A stretch of 64,000 nt of DNA, taken from Octopus bimaculoides (Eukaryota). A program made the translations under genes and the position numbers. Numbering within the stretch: position 1 is the first letter of the stretch; each line of letters starts with the position of its first letter. The DNA lies in the NCBI RefSeq assembly GCF_001194135.2, contig NC_068981.1, forward strand, positions 56,956,678 through 57,020,677, read 5' to 3'. This document shows positions 52,506 through 64,000 of this stretch, piece after piece. The notes below the pieces were generated by a model, which saw only the letters and a program-made list of their open reading frames with translations, did no database searches and was not told the DNA's origin.

Positions 52506-54104
52506 CTCGTCGAATAGTATAGCTATCAAACAGGTTTATTCTGATTAGGAACAAAGACCTCATATTTCAGTGAAGTCAAACGACGTCAGATGGGGATAGA
52601 AATAAATAATATATATCACTTTATCCTTATCATTGATATAGTGAAAGTAATCGAATTAGACAGTATTAGAACTTGAACCTATCATTTCCAAAGACTTGAT
52701 CGTTGCGAGAACGTTAAAAACTATATTTGTTATGTTCAATTTATGATTCTTTACCATAGAATTATGTCGAGAAGAACAAGAAAGTTTACAAAAACTTACT
52801 ATTATTATCAAAACCTTTACCGCCACTAGCTCTATCGCTAGCACCACCGTTATCTTTATTTCTATTTTTACCACCACTACCACCACCGCTGACGACAATA
52901 TTTCCACCAACAATATCCCCACCGCTGCCTTCTCTGCCATCAAAATCATTATAACAATCGTATTCGTAACAAACAGCCACAAGATACCCTCAATAAAATG
53001 TGTTTGCAATAAAGATGAGCCTGTGATACTCGGAGCGCTCTTGAATATTGAAAGTACCTGGAAATGTCTTATGAGCAGTCGTTTATTGTCCTCGAGGTAT
53101 ACATTTGCATACTTTATGACCACTTTATGGGATTCTTGTAGGTATTAACAGTTTTAGAACAAAGCTTAAAATATACCGGAAACTTACATAAAAGTGGCTA
53201 TTTTATAAGGACGAACACATAATTCCTTTATGAACAGCTAAACAGTGAAAAGCACTAGTCAAGGGAAGAACTAAATATTAACAAAGAATCGAAAGTTAGA
53301 TAATTTATTTTAGATAAGGGAATTAAACAGAAGCATTCTGAGTTGCATTTGAAAATGAAAGCTACTCGTTATGTTGTCAGCTTCTCAAAATACTTGGGAA
53401 ATTCATTTCCTATATATATATATCATTCTTGCATAAATTACATTGGTCTCCAGTAATTAAGAAAGTCAATTCAAATCACTGAACCCATTTAAGAGAATCC
53501 CTTCGACACATGTATAACCATGATTAATCACAAGAAAAAAAACTGAAGTCTCTGAAGATATAAAAGAAAATTAGAAGCGGCTACTATTTTTGGTAATTAC
53601 GACACAATTTTTCACTTAACCATTGAACACATTTATAAATTAAAACCGTAAAGAAATTACACATTCCCTTAAACTTAACTTTTATCATTCAAAATTAGTA
53701 CTGACTAGCTATAAAATATATCTTGGTATTCTTCACTTGCTTCTATTTCTATTAAGACTTATTTATTTCACTAATACCAAAACTATATTAATTTAACATG
53801 CATTAGTTATATCTCTGTGAGATATACGCGAATTGTTTTAGACAACTCAAAGCCTTCTCTACATTGTGGGTGTATTCTATACATAGTAGATGAATTAGCT
53901 AGTATGGATAAATGGTAGAGCTTGATTTGTAAAAGTTAAATGTAGGAAAAGAAACTAAACTAGTAATCAAAACATTTAGATTTTAACATATTTCAAAATA
54001 TAAAAGAAACTCAATATTACTGAATGAAATTTCAAATATCCTAAGTCCTGAACACTGTAGGACATCCGTAGCAAAGTTTAAGAAAATCTGTAGTTAAGAA
54101 GATC

Positions 54105-54240
54105 ACTTTGAACAGCCACATGGTTCCAGTTTCGATTCTACTGCGTGACACCTAACGCCAGTGTCTTCTACCAACCTCGGTTGGCCAATGCTTTGTTAAT
54201 GAAATTCGGCAGACAGAAACTGTTCAAAACCTTGCCATAC
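54105..54240 (+). mobile_element. SINE family C
   Basis: cacatggttccagtttcgattc...gtgtcttctac...cagacagaaactg. Confidence 0.7.
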
Positions 54241-54484
54241 ATGTGTTTGTGTATACTGGCCTAAAGAAGTATTTGTGCCTTCTATTTAGGTTCGTAAAGT
54301 GAGGTAACTATCTAAAGGTACATAGTTTTGGTGAACTCAACCATTCGATAAAGTTCAATAAATTATATGTAGCTTATTAATTACTGAGGTTACATATACA
54401 CACATTTGTATGTGCGTGTATGTGTGTGTATACGCACATACGTACACACACACACACAAACACACAAAAATGTGTGTGTGTGTG

Positions 54485-54625
54485 ACAGGCTTCTTTCAGT
54501 TTCCGTCTGCCAAATCCACACAAAAGGTTTTCGTCGGCCCGAGGTTAAAGTGGAAGATACTTGCCCAAGATGCCTCGCACTGGGACTGAACGCGGCACCA
54601 AGTGATTGGAAGCAAACGTCATAAA
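54485..54625 (-). mobile_element. SINE family C
   Basis: ggcttctttcagtttccgtctgccaaatccac...gaagatacttgcccaag...gggactgaac. Confidence 0.8.
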
Positions 54626-55611
54626 AATTTTATAGACTTTCGAGAGGACGTGAACTAATTCTCTTTAGAATATCTCGAAGCTCACTCATAAAGCTAAAAG
54701 TAATAGCATGTTAATCTTTATATCAACATACTTTTCCAACTATGTATTTACATGCTTTTATACACGCGCGCGCGCACACACACACACAGACCCCCGCCTA
54801 AGACTGTAGGTTATGATTTGAAGGTGATTTGCCACTATTTTACGCAAATCGTACAACCGTCTCCTAAATGTAACATTGAAGAGATGAGTAGACTACACTT
54901 CCAAAGCAGCGAAATCGACGGCAGCAGTTCAAGAGGAGCAACTGTTCCTGGTGGTAACATACCGCAAAAAGGGCCCAGACGCAAACAAATTCGATGGTAC
55001 GGTGTTGCGTAATGGTCTTTTCGGCCTCTTTGGAGACCGTTTGCAGTCTAATACAAGATCAGCTGTCTTGAATTTATCACACCACAGAGCATTTTGTATG
55101 AGAACGAGAGTCTGATATGCACGCAGCTCCTTCTCATCTTTAAAACACAAACTTGTTGTAGTCTAGAATCTGTGTCTTGCAGAAAAGACTTCGTGGCACA
55201 CGATTACCATCCAACCAAGGATGAAACAGGCTCGCTGTTGCGATTGGAGTATTCCGCACGTTTGTGACAAAGAAATACCGCCACTTCCGTAGTTGCATTG
55301 CGCAAGGTAGGTGCAGTTCTCCTGCAAGCCACCTGACTTTATCTCTTAGTAAGACTAGTAAGAGACTTAGTGGACTTGCATGTAAGGTGGCTTGCAAATA
55401 CATGTACGTAGTCAGTCCTAGTCATTAGTGGTAACTAACGGCTGAGACTTGTTGGGAGCACAGACTGAAGATCTTGGAATGCACAGAACACATAGTATAT
55501 AGACTGGAACAATTGTCATTCTCTGGTACCCTGCATGGATGCGTCTCTTATTAAAGTGGTTTTCTTCATTGATTACCTATGAAGAAACATAACGTTACAC
55601 ATCTTCGTCTT

Positions 55612-55650
<39 letters not shown>

Positions 55651-56915
55651 CCCGCTCTCTCTCTCTCCCTCTGTCTTTCTTTCTCTCTCTCTTTCTTTCT
55701 CTCTCTCTCTCTCTCTCTCTCTTTCTTGTTTTATTCATTATTTTGTAAGTAGTTACTAGGTCCTCGTTAAATTTTAAAGACGAACTATGTATGAGAGAGA
55801 GAGANNNNNNNNNNNNNNNNNNNNNNNNNNNNNNNNNNNNNNNNNNNNNNNNNNNNNNNNNNNNNNNNNNNNNNNNNNNNNNNNNNNNNNNNNNNNNNNN
55901 NNNNNNNNNNNNNNNNNNNNNNNNNNNNNNNNNNNNNNNNNNNNNNNNNNNNNNNNNNNNNNNNNNNNNNNNNNNNNNNNNNNNNNNNNNNNNNNNNNNN
56001 NNNNNNNNNNNNNNNNNNNNNNNNNNNNNNNNNNNNNNNNNNNNNNNNNNNNNNNNNNNNNNNNNNNNNNNNNNNNNNNGAGAGAGAGAGGGGGAGAGAG
56101 AGAGAGGGGGAGAGTGTGTGTGTGTACGTGTGCATGTATGTGTACGTGTGTGGGCGCGCGTGTTTATGAATATTTGTATGTGTATGTAGATGCAGTACAT
56201 TTATACACATTTATACACGTATCTTTGAGTATATATGTATATTTACCCTTTGGTCAGGAGAGAAAGAGCATGAACCTTAACAAGGCTTGCAAGACTAGTG
56301 AGGGGGGGGGGACTGGGGAGGGAAAATGTCCTCAACTGAAATTCTGATCTGAATGTTTACAACGAAGAGAAACCCTTCTTCTGAAGGCATCTTGGAGAGG
56401 GTGATGATGTTAACTTGGGTGACAGATTAAGTCTACCACCCAGGATCATATGTGTGTTCGTTTCTGTGTATGTGTATACGCATATGAATATGTTTGACTG
56501 AGTACATGCGCACGCGTATGTATGTGTGTGTGTTTGTGTATGCATTGGAAAGTAATGTGTGGTAGAAATAGCAGCCACATCTTCTTCAAGATTTGGTGGT
56601 TATTTCTATCCGGTCCAATCTAGCTGATGAAATGCCATCCCCGATCGCACATCCTTGTGAAAGGCATTCTGGCTGAATATACAGCCCCTGTTTCATGCAT
56701 AGAGTACAGTATACCGGGAACCAAATCATCTGATTATTGCTATTCTAGCTCCCTGCAGCGACATAAACTCCATGACATAGCGCTACGGGCTTGACTTTAA
56801 TGGGACTGACAACACTCAGGCTGTTATTAGTTTTTGTTAATGTAGTTGCTGTTGTTGCTGCTGCGGTCGTAACTGTTGATATGTTGATCGTTATTAAAAG
56901 TGTTATTGATACTGA

Positions 56916-57080
56916 AGGCGGCGAGCTGGCAGAATCGATAGCATGGCATTTCGTCAGTCTTCACGTTCTGAGTTCCTCCTTTTGGGGTCGATAAAATAAG
57001 TGCCAATTGAGTACTGGGGTCGATGCAATCGACTTATCTCCTCCCTGAAATTACTGGCCTTGTGCCATAATTTGAAATCA
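56916..57080 (+). mobile_element. SINE family A
   Basis: aaggcggcgagctggcagaatcg...cgttctgagttc (deletion) ttttggggtcgataaaataagt. Confidence 0.88.
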
Positions 57081-57368
57081 GTATTGTTATTGATATCGTT
57101 GCTATTATTTTCGTGGTGGTTATTTTTGTTGTCAGTCCTGACTGAATAAACCTATGCTATCACAAAGTGAAAGCTAGCTATCACAAAATGAAATCAAAAT
57201 ATTATGATGGCGAATCTTTCATAACGACTGTGAAAGTTATAAGATGTTTTGAAGTTTTAATGAATAAAGTCACGTGAAACGGTCGAACAGCCATGTTAAT
57301 GATTTAAAAAGGGGGAAATCCTCAACAAAATTATTTTGTGAAATATTACAAAACAAACAAACTGTACA

Positions 57369-57531
57369 TTAGGGTTTATGATTAGAGTTGGGGTTTAGGG
57401 TCAGCATTAGGGCTCAGAGTTCAGGGTTAGAGTTAGTGTTTAAGGTTAGGATTTAGGCTTAGAATTAGAGTTAGAGTTGAGGTTTAGAGTTAGATATGAG
57501 GCTTTGGATTAAGGGTTTGGGTTTAGGATCA
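57369..57531 (+). repeat. Degenerate TTAGGG-like array
   Basis: Many ttaggg/ttagag/ttagga/tttagg units. Confidence 0.7.
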
Positions 57532-58610
57532 GTCCGACCGGTGGATGATCCAGAGTTAATCAATTAGCAACATATTTTTAGTGAACATTTAAAAAAAAAT
57601 TTTCTAGTACAAGTGAATAACAGAAGCAGATTGAACGTGAAAAATTAAATCAATATACCAAATTTGAAATTTTTCACTTAATTTTAAGATTCCAAAAGCT
57701 GTGACAGCAACAGAAAAGACCCATAAAGTTTTCTGTCTGATAAAGTAATGCAAAACATACGGTTGAACTGGTATGTAAACAATTTAAAAATGAAAAATTC
57801 TCGATAATCTGTGGGAAAAATTACAAAAAAAACTGTACGTTACTGAAGTAACAGTTCGGTTCATGCAAACAATTAATACATTTTTGTAGTGAAAATTCAA
57901 AAACGAAAGTTCAGAAAATAGGCACTCGTCAAAGAAAATAGGTAAAAGAATACACGTAGTGGTAGTTTTAAGTAGACTACTGCTTGGCGTCTTACTATGG
58001 AAACAGACACCAAAGTGTCTGTGGTTTTCCAATGATTAAAATTATCCAAACTTTGCAAACTTTAAAGGCTATTAACTCATTATTTATAACTTGTAGCAAA
58101 AATGAATTTCATTTTCATAATTAGCATACAAAACTAAACCAGTACACCAAATTTGAAAACATTTAGAACAAAATTTATAAAATAGAAAACTGTGACCGCA
58201 ACAGAAAACATTCGCGTTGTTGACTATAACTAGTATTATTCAGACAAGAAGGGTTTGATTTCAGAGAGTTTTGTCTGCTATTTCTGTAACTTCACTGAAC
58301 TTGTTGTTTACCCCAGTTTTAGCTCCATTTGAGAAAACTAATCACTAATCCTCTATGTGGGGGCTTTTGTGTGTGGAAGGGTGATGGGTCAGATCTAATA
58401 GTAGATGTCTAATGTATTGTTCCTATCTAATGCATTGTTCTTAAATTTTAAAAGACGATAATGGTGCGGTATAAGAGACTTCACTATTATCTCTAGCAGG
58501 TCAACACATCATTGGAGGAGTGTTTCTCAAACCTTTTCAATAAATAAATACAAGACAAAATATGCACCTCTCCATAAACGGACAAAGTATATAAGTATAT
58601 AGCACATTCG

Positions 58611-58667
<57 letters not shown>

Positions 58668-59708
58668 NNNNNNNNNNNNNNNNNNNNNNNNNNNNNNNNN
58701 NNNNNNNNNNNNNNNNNNNNNNNNNNNNNNNNNNNNNNNNNNNNNNNNNNNNNNNNNNNNNNNNNNNNNNNNNNNNNNNNNNNNNNNNNNNNNNNNNNNN
58801 NNNNNNNNNNNNNNNNNNNNNNNNNNNNNNNNNNNNNNNNNNNNNNNNNNNNNNNNNNNNNNNNNNNNNNNNNNNNNNNNNNNNNNNNNNNNNNNNNNNN
58901 NNNNNNNNNNNNNNNNNNNNNNNNNNNNNNNNNNNNNNNNNNNNNNNNNNNNNNNNNNNNNNNNNNNNNNNNNNNNNNNNNNNNNNNNNNNNNNNNNNNN
59001 NNNNNNNNNNNNNNNNNNNNNNNNNNNNNNNNNNNNNNNNNNNNNNNNNNNNNNNNNNNNNNNNNNNNNNNNNNNNNNNNNNNNNNNNNNNNNNNNNNNN
59101 NNNNNNNNNNNNNNNNNNNNNNNNNNNNNNNNNNNNNNNNNNNNTATATATATATATATCATACAGAAAACCAAAGAGGTATTTATGTTCGTCGTGTCCC
59201 ACAGGTTTCCTATACCTAAACCTACTTTCTCCTATTGCCAAACTCAAATGCTACTCACTTCATACTTTTGAGTATGATATCAATAGCAATTATTTACTTT
59301 AGCTTTACATTTAATAAACAGCAATAATTGAGAAATTGCTATGAAAGAAACCAAGCGTATGAAATTGGCAAGATTTTCGTTCGATTTTTTTTTCAATCGA
59401 ACACATTTTACTACTTCATTTGATTATTTGAATTCGGTTTCCTGTTATTGTTTTTTTAAGCTATTTATACTTTTTTTTATAATTTGAACAATTTTAATAA
59501 TTGAATTGATAAAGGTTTGGATTGTGTCCAAAAGAAAATATTTGTTTTAATATTATATCAAGGAGATTAATTTGTAGACGAGGATATAGTCAATTGAATC
59601 GATACTAATGTATACTAGGTACGGTACTTAATTGATGGATTCCGATAGGATGAGTAGCAATGTTAACCCTAGCTAATTTTGAATTCAGAACGCATATAGA
59701 GAAAAACT

Positions 59709-61020
59709 TATCAGGTCATCCCATAAGTTCTGTCCGATTTTATCTTTTTTTTAAATTCAATGAAATTTAATAGTATTTTAGAATGTCTAATGGAATTAAA
59801 AATTATTTTCGTGCATTTGTGTACATTTAAACTAATTAAATATTATTTTACAGAATAATAGAATTAAAATTTCTTTGATTAAAACCCTTTCTAACATGGA
59901 AGTATCCAAAGAGCATTTGAGGCACATAATGCTTTATGAGTACAAAAAAGGAAACTCTGCAGCCGAAGTGACTCGAAACATACACTCAGTTTATGGGAAA
60001 GAATGCTTGAATGAAGGAACTTGCAGAAGATGGTTTGCAAAATTCAGAAGTGGAGATTTCAGCCTTGAAGATAAAGATCGAACAGGACGTCCAGTTGAAT
60101 TTGATGATAAGCTCCTTGGGGTATTACTTGAAGAAAATCCTGCATTATCATTTGAAGAATTNNNNNNNNNNNNNNNNNNNNNNNNNNNNNNNNNNNNNNN
60201 NNNNNNNNNNNNNNNNNNNNNNNNNNNNNNNNNNNNNNNNNNNNNNNNNNNNNNNNNNNNNNNNNNNNNNNNNNNNNNNNNNNNNNNNNNNNNNNNNNNN
60301 NNNNNNNNNNNNNNNNNNNNNNNNNNNNNNNNNNNNNNNNNNNNNNNNNNNNNNNNNNNNNNNNNNNNNNNNNNNNNNNNNNNNNNNNNNNNNNNNNNNN
60401 NNNNNNNNNNNNNNNNNNNNNNNNNNNNNNNNNNNNNNNNNNNNNNNNNNNNNNNNNNNNNNNNNNNNNNNNNNNNNNNNNNNNNNNNNNNNNNNNNNNN
60501 NNNNNNNNNNNNNNNNNNNNNNNNNNNNNNNNNNNNNNNNNNNNNNNNNNNNNNNNNNNNNNNNNNNNNNNNNNNNNNNNNNNNNNNNNNNNNNNNNNNN
60601 NNNNNNNNNNNNNNNNNNNNNNNNNNNNNNNNNNNNNNNNNNNNNNNNNNNNNNNNNNNNNNNNNNNNNNNNNNNNNNNNNNNNNNNNNNNNNNNNNNCA
60701 CTTAAGTGAATCGAAAAGGAGTGATGTTTCATCAGGACAATGCGCGACCCCACACTGCAAAGATCACATCACAGAAGATCGAGGAGCTTGGTTGGAAAAA
60801 AATTCCTCATCCACCTTATTCTTCCGATCTTGCTCCTTCAGACTGCCATTTGTTTCGTAGTTTACAGAATCATTTGAGGGACATATCTTTCGCAAGCCAG
60901 GAGGAGGTCGAAACTGACATTTCAGAGTTCTTCGCTTTGAAACCAAAAGAGTTTTACATTGATGGGATTAAAAAGCTTGTAAATAGATGTAAGGAAGTCA
61001 TAGATAATCAAGGAAAGACT
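59709..61020 (+). mobile_element. mariner (DD34D) DNA transposon, 3' TIR missing
   Basis: TA + tcaggtcatcccataagttctgtccgattt mariner-type left end at 59709-59740; transposase follows; sequence switches to (TA)n before any right TIR. Confidence 0.88.
59896..61020 (+). CDS. mariner transposase (middle hidden by N gap; C-terminal few residues lost)
   Basis: N-terminal HTH MEVSKEHLRHIMLYEYKKG..WFAKFRSGDFSLED..RTGRP; C-terminal HQDNARPH...PHPPYSSDLAPSD with 34 residues between the two Asp. Confidence 0.85.
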
Positions 61021-61524
61021 TCCACATATATATATATATATATATGGAACAAAAACGCAATAGAGGACATTAAACCGTTCGGACAGATAGACGACACAAA
61101 GGCGGACAAGAGAAACAACAATTAGAAGGACAGGCAAAAAAGGACGGATCATTCTTGGCTTTCTTTCATCAGTCAAGTACCAGAAGTCACGACCATTTCG
61201 GACAGTTACAATTCATACGGTTCGATCTGGTTGTCCACAAAAAAGTCTAACCTAACAGTATTAGACCCCTTTGTAAGAAAGCTAGCAAATGCGTACGGCA
61301 ACAAAGACAAAATGAAAAACAAAAAAAAAACGGAGAACACAATTACGAATACAATAACAAGAAATAACAACAGGCGTCTTTCGATTGAGAACGATTCAAA
61401 TTGAGCTGGCGTGTATGAAGTAAAAGCCTAAAGGCAGGAACATGGGAGATGGACACAAGACGTGTTGACGGTTGGCAGTCAAGCCAAGAAAGAAAGATCA
61501 TAGCTGGCCATATATATTTATATA

Positions 61525-61569
<45 letters not shown>

Positions 61570-61609
61570 TTATTTGTTTATATATGCATACATATATATA
61601 TACATATAT

Positions 61610-62146
61610 CATCATCATCATCATCGTTTAACGTCCGTTTTCCATACTAGCATGGGTTGGACAGTTCGACTGGGGTCTGGGAAGCCAGGAGGCAGGCAGT
61701 GTTTCTACAGCTGGATGCCCTTCCTAACGCCAACCACTCCGTGTGTGTAGTGGGTGCCTTTTACGTGCCACTGGCACAGGGGCCAGAGGAGGCTGGCAAC
61801 GGCCACGATCAGTTGGTGCTTTTTACGTGCCACCGGCAAGGAATCCAGTCAATGAGGCGTTGGCATCGGCCACGTTCGGATAGTGCTTTTTACGTGCCAC
61901 CGGCATGGGTAACACAACTACAATTTCCATTTGATTTTCATTTTGATGTTGATGTACTTGATTCAATAGGTCTCCTCAAGCACAGCAGGTCGCCCACGAT
62001 CCAAAGTACTTTTGAATGGGCTGGGGCTAGCTATACGAAACTAGTGTAGGATACAGCTGTGAACTCACTTTATTTGCCGGGTCTTCGCAGTCACAGCATA
62101 TCTCCAGAGGTTTCGGTCTTTCGTCATTGCTTCTGTGAGGCCCAAC
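61610..62146 (-). mobile_element. 5'-truncated RTE-clade LINE with 3' UTR and (GAT)n tail
   Basis: Minus strand LGLTEAMTKDRNLWRYAVTAKTRQIK* (stop 62067-62065), an RTE-type DR..WR C-terminus; 3' UTR has 3 ttttacgtgcca units. Confidence 0.75.
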
Positions 62147-62385
62147 CCAACGGTTGTTCTGTGTGTTCACAATCTGTTCGTACTGGAGCTTCACCATCTG
62201 TTCGTACTGCTGTACTGCCAAGCAGTACAGCATGTCGTTTCCAAATTTCTAGCAGCGTGAATTCTGTTTTTCTCACAGACGGTGCCCAACTGACCCTACT
62301 ATACTGTGTAGTCGACAAAATCAAAAACAAACAACGTGCATGCACGAAAAACAAAATATAAAATGGCGACAATTTATCCATTGCA

Positions 62386-62422
<37 letters not shown>

Positions 62423-63469
62423 TGTGTGTGTTATACACGCACACACGCGTACATATATACGTAAATTATGACATGCATGATTTGTATTTATATATATACA
62501 CATATGTGCATATATGCGTGTATGTGTATGTAGAGGGAGAGAGAGAGAGAAGCGGGTTAAGAAAAATTAAAGGAAAGAAGAATGAAAGAGAATAAGACAT
62601 ACATGTACTCTGCAGGGTACATCAGATCTCAACTTCATCGAGTGTAAATTACGAAAACAAAATCGATTGAAATTTACCTAAACCGTGTGTGTGTGTGAGA
62701 GAGAGAGAGAGTTTCTCTCTCTGTGCTTGTGTGTGTGAGTATACTTGTGTATGTGTGTGCATGTGTCTGTATGTGTTAGTGTGTAATGATAATATATATA
62801 TCATATATATTCGTAGAAACTTGTGAAAGGAATTCCGGTTTTATTTAGTAAATTCCTTAATTCGTTATGTTTCTAAGTTTATCTGATTGACTGAGTTCAA
62901 TATATTTGTAAGTATAAGTCTTAATGTTGAAGCCTGTTATTAATTTATGGTATTTATCTGTACACTAATTTGAAGGGGTTTTTTTTTTTTTTTTTTTGAG
63001 GTTTGGAATTGTTAGTGGTTTGCAAGCATTCGCACCAGACCCCGGGTTTGTGCGAATGATTTCCTTTGAAGTAGAATGCTTGAAAACACAAGAGACAAGG
63101 AATTCTTCCAGTCTATATATTAACAAACTTTTAATCTTAGAATGTTCATTTATCTTCATAAAAGTCGAGACATGTCTATGCTAAAGAATGGACTGAATAA
63201 GGGCTTTGTTTAGTCTATATTTTCTAATTTTATTTCCATTAATTTATTTTTGGTATTTTTTTTTTATCATTTGTATCTGTATTTCTGTGTTATTTTTGTC
63301 AATGGAATGCTAAGAAAATATGAGTATAAAACAATGGGAAACTATAGGTGATTTGGCAGTGCTCTTGAACCCACTCGCTTGAAGATGTGAAGGTACACAA
63401 CTATTGTGAGGTTATTTTAATGCAATAATTTGTATAATATGCGAAATATTCAGCAATTACCAGCAAAGT

Positions 63470-63790
63470 TTTACCGTAAAAAATCACTTTACATGTTCTT
63501 CAAGGAATTTAATATACGCTATCAAATGTCAAGGATGTAATGAAGATTACATAGGTCAAACAAAGCTTACTCTAAGAAATATATTAACCATTCACCGACA
63601 CCAAATACGAGACCCCAGTACTAGACGCATCCCACTTGATGGTCACATAGACATATGTGCAAAAAATAAGTCTCCCAAATTCCAGGTCTTCCCACTCTAC
63701 CTATGTTCAGAGAATACCACAGATGAAGCACGGATAAACAAAGAAAATACTTTCATACAAAAGTACAAACCATGACTTAACAAACTTTAA
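63470..63790 (+). pseudogene. Penelope-like element GIY-YIG endonuclease domain
   Basis: FTVKNHFTCSSRNLIYAIKCQGCNEDYIGQT...HRHQIRDP...KENTFIQKYKP*LNKL*; no ATG so absent from the ORF track; one in-frame stop. Confidence 0.88.
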
Positions 63791-64000
63791 CAGTGTACAT
63801 ACACAAATAACTATTCACACACAAAATTTATTCTGCCACTTATGAGGAAGCTACACAGTTAACGACCTAAATTTTTATCATTCGACTACATGCAAACGAC
63901 TCCTGTCCACTTTTCCACCAGACATTAAATTTGGTCCGACTAAAACATGTTCACTCAACCGTATCGGCCTTCTTCTGAGGCGCAAAATATACTGTCACGT
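63470..64000 (+). mobile_element. Penelope-like retroelement 3' part incl. putative pLTR
   Basis: GIY-YIG domain followed by non-coding 3' sequence to the window edge. Confidence 0.7.

Noticed and set aside
61130-61245. CUGAUGA and GAAA motifs on the minus strand
   Set aside because: Order and pairing do not give stems I-III of any hammerhead topology
62211-62235. Approximately 11-bp-stem hairpin tgctgtactgc-caa-gcagtacagca
   Set aside because: Too short and embedded in a local tandem duplication; no supporting context
63925-63985. Hammerhead-like motif on the minus strand (cagaaga...gaacatgt...gtc)
   Set aside because: Core is CAGAAGA rather than CUGANGA, GAAA is absent, and it is antisense to the Penelope ORF

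Overview
AT-rich, microsatellite-dense eukaryotic DNA with many N gaps. The SINE families resemble those of octopus/cephalopod genomes (inference from recall, not a database search). I recognise no host protein-coding gene with confidence; most ORFs in the track are microsatellite or N-gap artefacts. The window is a mosaic of decayed mobile elements: R4/Dong-like RLE retrotransposons, Tx1/L1-like, RTE and CR1-like LINEs, Penelope-like GIY-YIG elements, a DD34D mariner, an internally deleted pogo-like element with HTH and PHD finger, hAT and Helitron remnants, and at least three tRNA-derived SINE families. The most interesting signal is a ~190-200 bp dispersed repeat (15568-15755 and 34203-34400, both minus strand) whose two copies together reconstruct a minimal type I hammerhead ribozyme, as in retrozymes or solo Penelope LTRs. 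Other notable items are microsatellite-associated LINE insertions, an apparently inverted R4-like element, a MITE enclosing TTAGGG repeats, and a few candidate micro-exons and hairpins. Boundaries of decayed elements are approximate.
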